64,000 nt of DNA from Macrostomum lignano (taxonomy: Eukaryota): the NCBI GenBank assembly GCA_002269645.1, contig NIVC01001756.1:26165-90164 (forward strand), given 5' to 3'. Below are positions 25,001 through 35,713 of this stretch, piece by piece. The position numbers and the translations under genes are program-made. The notes beneath the pieces were generated by a model. The model had not been told where the DNA came from, did not search any database, and was given only the letters and a program-made list of their open reading frames with translations. Numbering within the stretch: position 1 is the first letter of the stretch; each line of letters begins with the position of its first letter.

Positions 25001-28000
25001 TGTCAGTTGTATCCGTTGCCGCCGATCATTCTGTCAGCCTGTTGAATCTGCGCGAACGTCGATTATTATTGTTGGCCTCTCGGCATCTGTACCCGGTGCT
25101 GTCGGTTCGTTGGCGGCCGCTAGAAGATTTGCTAGTTGTGCACACTAGCGATAATAGCGCTTACGTGTGGCAGACCGAGGTGCCAGCCTTGGATCGCATT
25201 GTTAGCGGCCCGGCGTTGGAAGAGCTGCTCCGGCGTAGCGAAGAGTCTTTGAGCGATTCTAGCCGATCGGCTGCGCCTCTGCGCGTCACTAAACTTCGGG
25301 GCGAGGATTCTGGCGGCGGTCGGGGTCTGCCTATTGTGCTACATTTTAATGTGGCCTGCCTCATTGAACGCATTCTGAGCAACGATCAGTTGGCCAGGCT
25401 AAGGAGTCAATCGAGAGACAGCGAAACGCAGGAGTCGTCTAGGTCTCGTAAGTGTTGGGAGTGAGGTGGGTGCTGGGTGGATTGAAGTGGATGCTAGGCA
25501 GAGTGAGGTGGATGCTAGGCGGAGTGAGGTGGGTGTTAGGCGGAGTGAGGTGGGGGCTAATACTACTACTACTGACGGGGAGACTAGGATGCTAGGTGGG
25601 GTGAGGTAGGTGCTAGGCGGAGTGAGATGGATGCTATGCGGAGTTGATAATAGGCGGAGTGAGGTGTGTGCTAGGCGGAGTGAGGTAGGTGCTTGGCGGA
25701 GTAAGGTGGGTCCTCGGTGGATTGAAGTGGATGCTAGGCGGAGTGAGGTAAATGCTAGGCGGAGTGAGGTGGATGCTAGGCGGAGTAATGTGGGTGCTAG
25801 GCGGAGTGAGGTGGGTGCTAGGTTCCAAATCAGTGTTTTACTATCCTAATGCACCCTTACTTCTATCAGCATATCTCGGAGGTCGCAGCGGCCCCTCAGC
25901 TGCCCGACTTTCCGATGCTTCATCGTCCAGAGCTGCCGTGTCATCTGTCGACGCCGCCGCCGCCGCAGTCAACGCCACAACTGGCGCAGACGAGCAAGCT
26001 CTAACGCTTCAAGTTGCCCAACTGCTCCTATCACTGATTCACTCCTGGGGCCTGGACACTGGCCTAGATCGAACCGTAGGCGAAACCCTGGGCCTCTGGC
26101 CGCCCCGTATCGCCCCCTGTTTCGGTCTGGTCCGCTCCCGCGCCGCCTGCCTGCTGTGCCCCAACCCGCCGCCGCACTGGGAGACCAACCGTCAGCTGAC
26201 CACTTTGCACCTGCTAGCCACCACAGCTCTGGCCGGTGCTTTGGCCACAGCCAGGACCGCAGCCAGCTTCAAAGTCTGGCCGCTCGATCAGCCTCATCGC
26301 GCGTCTCTGGCCGCCGCTGTCGAAGATCCAACAGCCGACAACGATCCAACGGCAGCATGGAATTCCGCGTCGCTGTCTCCGCCAACCGCTGAACAGCGTC
26401 AGGCGTGGGGTCTGACGCTGACGCATCACACGGTACTGCTAGCCGACCTGCTTGACCCCAGCCTGTTCCAGCAGCCATGCCTGCTGTCCCTAGCTGGCCT
26501 GTATCACACTGCCAGTCCGCATCTGCGCCAGGCTGCTCAACAGCTGCTCATGGCCGAGCTGCGTCGCCTAGGCCCGGCCGGCCGGCAGGAACTACTCGGC
26601 CAGCACGATTTAAGCTTGAAAACTTCTCTAGCCTCGCTGGTGCTTGTCTGCTTAATCTGCTGCGAGTTCCCGGCTGGCCAGTCAGATTTGAACTTGACCA
26701 GGGCCGCTGCTGGCGCTCTGATTCGACTGCTGCAGGAGCCGGGGCAGGCTGGCGGCGAGATGGCGCCCTGCGGTTCGAAACGGCTGCTGGCGCCCGAATC
26801 TAGGACTGCTGTTGACCTGCTTGGCAGGGGCTTTCGCACCTGGGAGGCGCATGTTGATGTCACTCAGGTGAGACGCGTTTGTTATTGAACCCAATGAACC
26901 CTATTGAACCCTAATGAACCCTATTGAACCCTATTGAAGCCCAATGAACCCTATTGAACCCTATTGAACCCTAATGAACCCTTTTGAACCCTATTGAACC
27001 CTAATGAACCCTTTTGAACCCTATTGAACCCTATTGAACCCTAATGAACCCTTTTGAACCCTTTTGAACCCTTTTGAACCCTATTGAACCCTAATGAACC
27101 CTTTTGAACCCTATTGAACCCTAATGAACCCTATTGAACCCTAATGAACCCTTTTGAACCCTATTGAACCCTATTAAACCCTATTGAACCTCAAAGAACC
27201 CTATTGAACCCCAATGAACCCTATTGAACCCCAATAAACCCTATTGAACCCCAATAAACCCTATTGAACCCCAATGTACCCTATTGAACCCCAATGAACC
27301 CTATTGAACCCCAATGTTAACCTCTTAAAACCCAATAAACCCTATTGAACCCCAATAAACCCTATTGAACCCCAATGAACCCCAATAAACACTATTAAAC
27401 GCCAGTAACCCTTTTTGACCCCTCAATGAACCCTATTGACCCCCCAATGAACCCTATTGACCCCTCAATGAACCCTATTAAACCCCAGTGAACCCTATTG
27501 ACCCTCCAATGAACCCTATTGAACCCCAATGAACCATATTGAACCCCAATGAACCATATTGAACCCCAGTGAACCTTATTGACCCCTCAATGAACCCTAT
27601 TGACCCCCCAATGAACCCTATTGACCCCTCAATGAACCCTATTGAACCCCAATGAACCCTATTGAACCCCTATGAACCCTATTGAACCCCAATGAACCCT
27701 ATTGACCCCAATGATTAAACCCCAATAAACCCTATTGAACCCCAATGAACCTTATTGAACCCCAATGAACCTTATTGAACCCCAATGAACCTTATTGAAC
27801 CCCAATAAACCCTATTGAACCCCAATATACCCTATTGAACCCCAATGAACCCCAAAAAACACTATTGAATCCCAGTGAACCTTATTGACCCCTCAATGAA
27901 CCCTATTGACCCCACAATGAACCCTATTGACCCCTCAATGAACCCTATTGAACCCTATTGAACCCTATTGAACCTCAAAGAACCCTATTGAACCCTATTG

Positions 28001-31000
28001 AACCCTATTGAACCCCAATAAACCCTATTGAACCCCAATGAACCCTATTGAACCCCAATGTACCCTATTGAACCCCAATAAACCCTATTGAACCCCAATG
28101 AACCCCAATAAACACTATTGAACGCCAGTGAACCTTTTTTTGACCCCTAAATGAACCCTATTGACCCCCCAATGAACCCTATTGACCCCTCAATGAACCC
28201 TATTAAACCCCAGTGAACCCTATTGACCCCCCAATGAACCCCAAAAAACACTATTGAACCCCAGTGAACCTTATTGACCCCTCAATGAACCCTATTGACC
28301 CCTCAATGAACCCTATTAAACCCCAGTGAACCCTATTGACCCCCCAATGAACCCTATTGACCCCTCAATGAACCCTATTAAACCCCAATGAACCCTATTG
28401 AACCCCAATGAACCCTATTAAACCCCAGTGAACCCTATTAAACCCCAGTGAACCCTATTGACCCCAATGATTGAACCCCAATAAACCCTATTGAACCCCA
28501 ATGAACCCTATTAAACCCCAATGAACCCTATTGACCCCAATGAACCTTATTAAACCCCAATTAATCTTATTGAACCCCAATATACCCTATTGAACCCCAA
28601 TGAACCCCAATGAACCCCGAAAAACACTATTGAACCCCAGTGAACCTTATTGACCCCTCAATGAACCCTATTGACCCCCCAATGAACCCTATTGACCCCT
28701 CAATGAACCCTATTGAACCCTATTGAACCCTATTGAACCTCAAAGAACCCTATTGAACCCTATTGAACCCTATTGAACCCCAATGAACCCTATTGAACCC
28801 CAATAAACCCTATAGAACCCCAATGAACCCTATTGACCCCAATGATTGAACCCCAATAAACTCTATTGAACCCCAATGAACCTTATTGAACCCCAATGAA
28901 TCCTATTGAACCCCAATATACCCTATTGAACCCCAATGAACCCCAATGAACTCCAAAAAACACTATTGAACCCCAGTGAACCTTATTGACCCCTCAATGA
29001 ACCCTATTGACCCCCCAATGAACCCTATTGACCGCTAAATGAACCCTATTGTACCCCAATGAATCCTATTAAACCCCAGTGAACCTTATTGAACCCCAAT
29101 AAACCCTATTGACCCCCCAATGAACCCTATTGAACCCCAATGAACCCTATTGAACCCCAATGAACCATATTGAACCCCAATGAACCCTATTGAACCCCAA
29201 TGAACCCTATTCAACCCCAATAAACCCCAATAAACCCTATTGAACTCCAATGAACCTTATTGAACCCCAATGAATCCTTTTGAACCCCAATGAACCATAT
29301 TGAACCCCAGTGAACCTTATTGACCCCTCAATGAACCCTATTGACCCCCAATGAACCCTATTGACCCCTCAATGAACCCTATTAAACCCCAGTGAACCCT
29401 ATTGACCCCCCAATGAACACTATTGAACCCAGTGAACACTATTAAACCCAGTGAACCCTTATAAATCCCCAATAAAACCTAATTCAACCCAATCAACCTC
29501 AATCAACCCTAATAAACCCCACTAAAAGGTGCTCCGCTTCCTGCTGGACATGGCGGCCGAGCTGGACCGCCTGATGCCGAACAGCTCAGACAGTCTCACA
29601 GCCAGCACGGACAGCGCCGCCTCGGCCACTGTGGCTCTGAGCTGGCGTGTGCTGAGCTCGGAGACTGACCTGGCCCTGCAGGCCCGTCTGGCCCTGACCC
29701 AGATTGCCACCTCCCGGCCTCAGCTGTTTCTCATTACAATGAGACGGGAGCTGCTCCGCTACAATACCCTGGCAACTAATGCCCACTTGGCCGGGGCGAA
29801 GGCACCCGAACAGGCACCTGTGTACAAAGGTCGGAGCACCATACTGAAACTCTTGGAGTTGTGTGAGTTGCACTTCTGTCCTAAATTTAGACACCTAAAT
29901 TATTCTAAATTATATTATCGTAAATTTAGACACCTAAATTGTCCTAAATTTAGACACCTAATAAATTATCCTAAATTTAGACACCTAATAAATTATCCTA
30001 AATTTAGACACCTAATAAATTATCCTAAATTTAGACACCTAAGACATCTGAATTATCCTAAATTTAGACACCAAGATACCCAAATTATCCTAAATTTAGA
30101 CACCTGAAATATCCTAAATTTATACAACTAACAAAATCATCATAATTTTAGTTTACTTATTCCTCGAGCATTTGTAACAGAAACAATTATTATTTATAAC
30201 CCCAGTGTGCGAACGTGCAGCAGCTGACGTGCACGACCTGATGTTTGACACCATCGAACTGCTGCTGTTCTGCTTGGAAGGTCAGCTGACCAGAGACCGC
30301 GGCCTGGCCGAGCTGTTCCCGCCTATCAGTCGGTTCTGCACCGTGTCCTGTAATTTGAAGTCTGGCAAAATTGTTGCTGGCAATAAAATTGGCCAATTGG
30401 CGTTCTTTGATATTCGGGCGGGCAAATTGCATACTACACAGGTGCGCCAACTCGTATTATTTTACTTTTTCTATGCTTCATTGTTGTATTGAATTATTCT
30501 TTTTTACTAGAATCGGCTTCCCTTGTAGCTTTTCCAAAAATCGCCATCTTAGTCGCTTTTTCTAGTAGGGCTTGAAGGTCGGGGGTTCATTCCCGACCCT
30601 CTCGGAACAATTTGTGTCCTTGAGCAAGGCAATTAACTCTGCTTTGCTTCAGTTCACCCAGCTGTAAAATGGGTGCCAGCATTAGCTGGGGTAATTGAAG
30701 GCTGTGTGTGGCGACCACCTTCCCAGTCCTTGGACTGAACAGCCGTACGCAGCCTTCAGATGCGCCGCGCAATAGCTGCGGCTGAGCTGTCGGTTGCACA
30801 TCTGGCCCAATTGGGGCAGGTATAATCAATTATCTAGAATCGCTCCCTTACAACATTTCCTAGAATCACCCTTTTTGCAACATTTCCTAGAAAAGCACTT
30901 TCAACTACAAGTATTTCTTAGAATCGCCTTTTTTTAAATTTTCTTAGAATCGCCTTTTTTAAATTTTCTTAGAATAGCTCCTTTGATTTAGAGAATCGCT

Positions 31001-31338
31001 TTTCAAATCCGCCTACTTTAAGTAGCACAATGTCAAGTAAATATTATTGTACGCGCCTAATTGGTCAGGCCCACCGGCACGGAGCCGGCTGCAGCGCGTG
31101 CGCCTTTTCACCGGACGGTCGTCACGTGGCTTCGCTAAGCGCAACGGATAACAACGTCAGATTTTTTCAATTAAGCGCGCCAACCCTGTTCAACATGGGC
31201 AGCAGTCACATCAAAACTGGCAAACAGTTCAATGTCAGTCCTTCTCTGCAGGGTCGCAGCTGCCGGCTGAATTGGATCGATCCGAAAACTGTAGCCGTCC
31301 TGACGCCTAGCGGCATTCATGCCTCGTTTCAGCCGTGA
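19083..31338 (+). CDS. WDR7: WD repeat-containing protein 7 (rabconnectin-3 beta), ~1295 aa
   Basis: 11 exons: 19083-19259, 19369-19493, 20063-20310, 20898-20968, 21420-21682, 23755-24228, 24756-25447, 25870-26867, 29529-29862, 30206-30441, 31069-31338. Total 3888 nt, all GT-AG, phases consistent. Motifs IVPVTLWSKEPPSHCI..IVTGSREGHIIVWD, LSGHTRAVTALLHP, LLLASRHLYPVLSVRWRPLEDLLVV, ELFPPISRF and FSPDGRHVAS match WDR7. Confidence 0.93.
19560..19975. repeat. 24-bp purine-rich minisatellite (GAGGGAGAGAGCGGAAGACCAGGT), WDR7 intron 2
   Basis: Read directly. Confidence 0.95.
20350..20850. repeat. CCCGAGACCAATGTACATCCAC-core minisatellite with an internal 120-bp duplication, WDR7 intron 3
   Basis: CTCAGGACCA recurs at 20521 and 20641 with identical flanks. 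Confidence 0.9.
21085..21320. repeat. 27-bp minisatellite (GAGGGAGAGAGCGGAAGAAGACCAGTT), WDR7 intron 4
   Basis: Read directly; same family as the intron 2 repeat. Confidence 0.95.
21915..22445. repeat. 23-bp minisatellite (CCAGATCCTCAGACCCTCACTCT), ~21 copies, WDR7 intron 5
   Basis: Period 23 (CAGATCC at 21941 and 21964). Confidence 0.95.
23200..23595. repeat. G-rich 21-bp minisatellite (GGCGGAGTGGGGTG(A/G)GTG(T/C)TA), WDR7 intron 5
   Basis: Read directly. Confidence 0.95.
24265..24650. repeat. G-rich 21-bp minisatellite (GGCGGAGTGAGGTTGGTGCCA), WDR7 intron 6
   Basis: Read directly; same family as introns 5 and 7. Confidence 0.95.
25460..25822. repeat. G-rich 21-bp minisatellite (GGCGGAGTGAGGTGGATGCTA), WDR7 intron 7
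   Basis: Read directly. Confidence 0.95.
26886..29520. repeat. GAACCCTATT/GAACCCCAAT 10-11-bp satellite, ~2.6 kb, filling WDR7 intron 8
   Basis: Read directly; runs from ~18 nt after the donor to within ~10 nt of the acceptor. Confidence 0.97.
29878..30125. repeat. 24/27-bp AT-rich minisatellite (AAATTATCCTAAATTTAGACACCT), WDR7 intron 9
   Basis: Read directly. Confidence 0.9.
30570..30825 (+). mobile_element. 5'-truncated tRNA-derived CORE-type SINE in WDR7 intron 10
   Basis: B-box-like GGTTCATTCCC at ~30584, followed by TGTGTCCTTGAGCAAGGCAATTAACTCT...TTCACCCAGCTGTAAAATGGGT, which resembles the CORE (MIR-like) central domain. No A box seen. Confidence 0.65.
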
Positions 31339-34157
31339 CCTGTTTTTTAAACAATTTTATATAGCTGGTATATACTACTGACAATGTTTATATGGTTATT
31401 TTTTGTTATTCAAAATAATCATATTTTATATTTATTTAATGTATTCATTTTTTGCAATCTCATTTCTCTGTTTGGATCAATTTGGTAGAATTACAACTAT
31501 AGTGAAGTTTTTAAACTGCTTATACTAGCATATGTTAAGCGTTTTATTGTTAAATTATAGTTTGTTGCCCGAAAAAATATGATTATTTATTTTAGAGTAA
31601 GACCCTATATAGCGATTTTTTAACCTATTGATGAGTTGATTTTTTCGTTTTATCACCTAAGCATTGATTCGTAGAAATTTTATGTGCTTAGCAATTATTG
31701 CCCACAATCCCATTCCAGTCACAGAGGTGTCTAGGTGTCTAAGGATTGTACACTGAAGGATTACGTCATCAATTAAATTTTCTATTGCTTTCTTTACTAG
31801 TAATTAGATCATTCATTTATGCTATAAGTACTTTCCGATTTCTTAAAATAAAGCATAATATTATTTATTAGCTTTACTTATGCAGTTACTCGTAGTAGCA
31901 TAATGCGCTCATTATGTGTGTATTAAATTTAGGACACCACAATTTACTGTGATTATTAGATTCGATTCAAGAAATGTGTTTCATGTTTAATGCCATTTGT
32001 GGCTGCTTTGTGTATTGCAATATAGATATGCTGTTAAGTGCAGCCTGTACAGTCGTGTTGTCTAACAAACTTATTATCGCTCGTCTTATTTTTAGCTTCT
32101 CAGAGGATCGAGTTATTATTATTCCTTACCACTGATAAAATAATATTCTATTCGTACTTCACTACTTGCACTCGCTAGCATTCAGAAGTAATTATTTTAT
32201 AAGAATAAAATAAAAACTTAGTTATTAAGGTTTTTAGGGTATGATTTATGTTGTTCAAAAATAAGCTATCACAAATGATTCACCTAGCCTTGGTGCTTTT
32301 TGTTTAGCGTTTGTCTTTTAATATAATTACCATAAGGGCCACTAGTACGAGCGTAGTTACCGCGTTGTATCAGAACGTAACACTCGTAGATATTTTGAAG
32401 GCCCGCTTGTTTACATGTATTTAGCGATGTTTATCTTCAAAAAAGCATCATACTCTACTGTTTTAAAGAAACCTGCACTTTTCTTTGAGCCTCGGAAGCT
32501 CTATGATATTTGCGAGTGAATTGCGTCCTAATACAACGGTAAGTTCTAGTGAAAAAAATATTCACACGTACGCAGAAAGGGCCCATGCAACGCTGAAAAT
32601 TTCATGTAAATGCAAAAGCATGTACGTTCAAAAATAGAAGCGTCTATATGTTCCGTAGTCTGGGGTCTCCATTGCTCCCATGAAAAGGGTTTGGTTAAAG
32701 TAAATTACGTGTAAGAAGCATTCGAAGTTTTTTGCATTTTTGACAATCCTAGCACTTAACAAGCAACCGGAGTTATTCCTCTTATTTAAAAAATCGTGTA
32801 CGTTACTTATTTACTCTACAACTATCACAAGTACTACATCATCGTAAAAAGTGTGCCTGATTAAAACAATATTTACTGCTTAATACTTTTAAGTTATATT
32901 TTAACTTTTATTCCAAATTGATATGATTAGTAATTATTTAATTGTTAATATTTTTCTATTTTTTGCAGTATTAACTATTAACATTTTTGGCGTAGTTTCT
33001 TGTATTTAAGTACAAAAAATAACTATAATTTTTATACCATGTTGAAAACATTTAGGTTTGGTGGTAAACCAAAGCGTTGTTCGAAACTTCGATATTCCAT
33101 CGCACAGCCGTACAAATTTGGAATTTCAACTGTATTAATCGTAAATTAGCACTTCCATTGACAGAAAACAAACTTTTGGTTGAAAGAAACGTAATTTAAA
33201 AATGATTTACAAATTATCATGTATACGCTCGTACAATGCAAACGACACGAACAAAAACGCAGAAGCTAGAGCACGAAATAATGAAAACTTGTAGAATTCT
33301 TGTGTATGATTATTTTGCATTATTTTATTCTAATATCGTATCTATTCATGTCCAATTTGGCTGTTGAAAAGTTAAAAAGTTTGATAAGAACTTGATGGCA
33401 TGCTATTGCTCAGTTTAGTGCAAAAACTTATTCTCAAACTTTTTTGTGCATTTTGGTTTATATTAACCAAGTTTAGCATTAACAGCTATATGAAATAGTC
33501 ATTTAATTATTTCATTAAAAATTTCAAATTTACAGTTAATTTTAGCAGGATAAATCTTAAAGTATAATTTGCAGTAGAACTTTGTCCTCACTTAATCACT
33601 GATAGAGTATAGATATATAACATTGTGTACACACTTAAAAATCATATAAGACCATTTTTACTTTCAATCCATTGTACTTTTTTATGCAGGACTTTTGGAT
33701 TCAAAAGTTGTGGATTTCAGCATTTCGTACTAGTAAATTAGAAAATTAGCCTACATTGAAAATAAAACTCTAGTTCAGTTTATCAATTAAATATTTAGTA
33801 AGGTTTATGGAACTACAGATCTGTGATGATAAAAAATATGAAATAAGCTAAAAATTGTGGTTCCTCTAACTGAATGTCTACTAGATGTTCCTTTAGACTG
33901 ATTTTATTGTGAGAATTTTTGCCACCACACCATTAAATACTCTCCTGAGAATGAGTTTAGTGTGATGATTCCTCAGTGTGAATCTAATTTTTTAGATTAT
34001 TTTCACAACTATTTTCATAATTACTACTTTTATTGTGTAGTTTGTTTGTCATTAATTATATTTATTTAAGCACTTTGATTTTCTGGTTTCTCATATGCAG
34101 AAATGACAAAATCCATCTGTAGAACACTTTTATAAACAACAAGCAACTAACTCCTTC

Positions 34158-34496
34158 ATGGCCACTGTCCTTGGCGTTGGAGTTGGCGTCATAGTACTGG
34201 GTGTACTATGGTCGTTCACCTTAATATTCCTATTGGCCACGGCGAAGGCCAAGTCTGGCATGCGCTATGTCGGCATCATACTACTGCTATTAGTCTTCCT
34301 AATATCATTAGTGTTGATTGTTATACCGAAATCCGATGTGGCTACAGACAATGCCAGGGCCTTCGCTATCATGGATGCCATGCTGATTGGTCGTGCGGCC
34401 CTCCTGAGTATGCTAGGCCTTTTAGCAATTATTATGGGCCTTCATTTGTTCTTCGCATCTCAAGTTGTTGAATGCAAGCCGGAATTGGTGCGCTAA
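34158..34496 (+). CDS. TMEM218: Transmembrane protein 218 (ciliary transition-zone protein), 112 aa, intronless CDS
   Basis: MATVLGVGVGVIVLGVLW matches the TMEM218 N-terminus (M..VLGVGAGVFILALLW). Three TM segments and the IPK...D..LIGR..LL pattern are present. Confidence 0.85.
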   Translation: MATVLGVGVGVIVLGVLWSFTLIFLLATAKAKSGMRYVGIILLLLVFLISLVLIVIPKSDVATDNARAFAIMDAMLIGRAALLSMLGLLAIIMGLHLFFASQVVECKPELVR

Positions 34497-35029
34497 AATG
34501 TTCGTAAATTAACTCCGTCAGGTTTACTGTATTATAACAACAAATGAATAACGAACAACGAATAGTTGACTCACGTGGTCGACGCTACAACATTTCTAAT
34601 CTGGAATTAGAAAGGTCCACATCCACTGAAAAGCTTTTGTCTGGATTTTATTGACTTGTTCGCTCACTTTTTGCTGCTTCTGTTTTTTTTCAGAAATTCT
34701 CCCAAGTACATAAAGTACTTTTGATAATTTAGCACCAGCTGTGTAGATCAAGTGTATTGAATTTCAGTGCATCGTCCATTTTATCACTTTACGTCGTACT
34801 TATATTTACATTAATTGACGCACAAAAAATTCTACTTAAAAGTTATCCAATCAAATATATAATTTTACTTACTATCTGTCGGTCGATATTTATCTTATTG
34901 CCGCTAATTTAATGTCTTACAAAATACTTTAAACTACTGATTGCAATTGCCAATGGCTGTTTGAATATTTTATTTTTTTGCAGCCTTTCTGTTGGGGACA
35001 TTACCATCAGCATCTCTTCTCTGCAAATC

Positions 35030-35190
35030 TTTTCCTTCACCCTCTCTTCTCCCTCCGTGGGGCTTTCCATCACCCTCTCTTCTCCCTCCGTGGGGCTTTC
35101 CATCACCCTCTCTTCTCCCTCCGTGGAGTTTCCATCACCCTCTCTTCTCCCTCCGTGGAGTTTCCATCACCCTCTCTTCTCCCTTCGCGG
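35030..35190. repeat. 33-bp minisatellite (CCATCACCCTCTCTTCTCCCTCCGTGGGGCTTT)
   Basis: Read directly; between TMEM218 and the EF-hand gene. Confidence 0.9.
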
Positions 35191-35713
35191 GCTTTCTATA
35201 GAGTTTTGGCTTCGGCAGCTCATTTTCATTTTTATCTGTTAATAAGTCGAAAATGCTACTTAAAGTAGCCAGAATACACTGTAAACATGGCTATATCTTA
35301 CTGTATATTTTATGAATAGCTGGCATTGAGACAGACCTATGCAGTAAAGATATGAAGTGAAGCCTAATTAAAACTCCTATTCACCAGACACAGGACTATT
35401 TCTCATCGCAGTCACGGTCACAATTCACAATTAAAAAAGAATGAATCAGTAACTCCTTTTCTATAGAAAACTTCTATACAAAGCCAGAAGGCAACAATGG
35501 CCTATAGAAATATATTGTGATGCTTTTCCTACTTCATTGTAAAAGAGATTACAATAGAAAACCTTTTCAATGGTCAACTTGCACCATCAGGCTGCAGGTA
35601 TTTAAGAGAACTTTTTTCATAGGCCACCACTATAATCTGTTTTGGACTCAGCTGCATATACATGAAAATTCTAATTTTCGACAGCAGGCATTGCATCGAA
35701 CATTTAAGCAAAA

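Noticed and set aside
26886-29520. Interstitial telomeric repeat (AACCCT-like)
   Set aside because: The unit is GAACCCTATT/GAACCCCAAT (10-11 bp), not TAACCC; the similarity is limited to AACCC.
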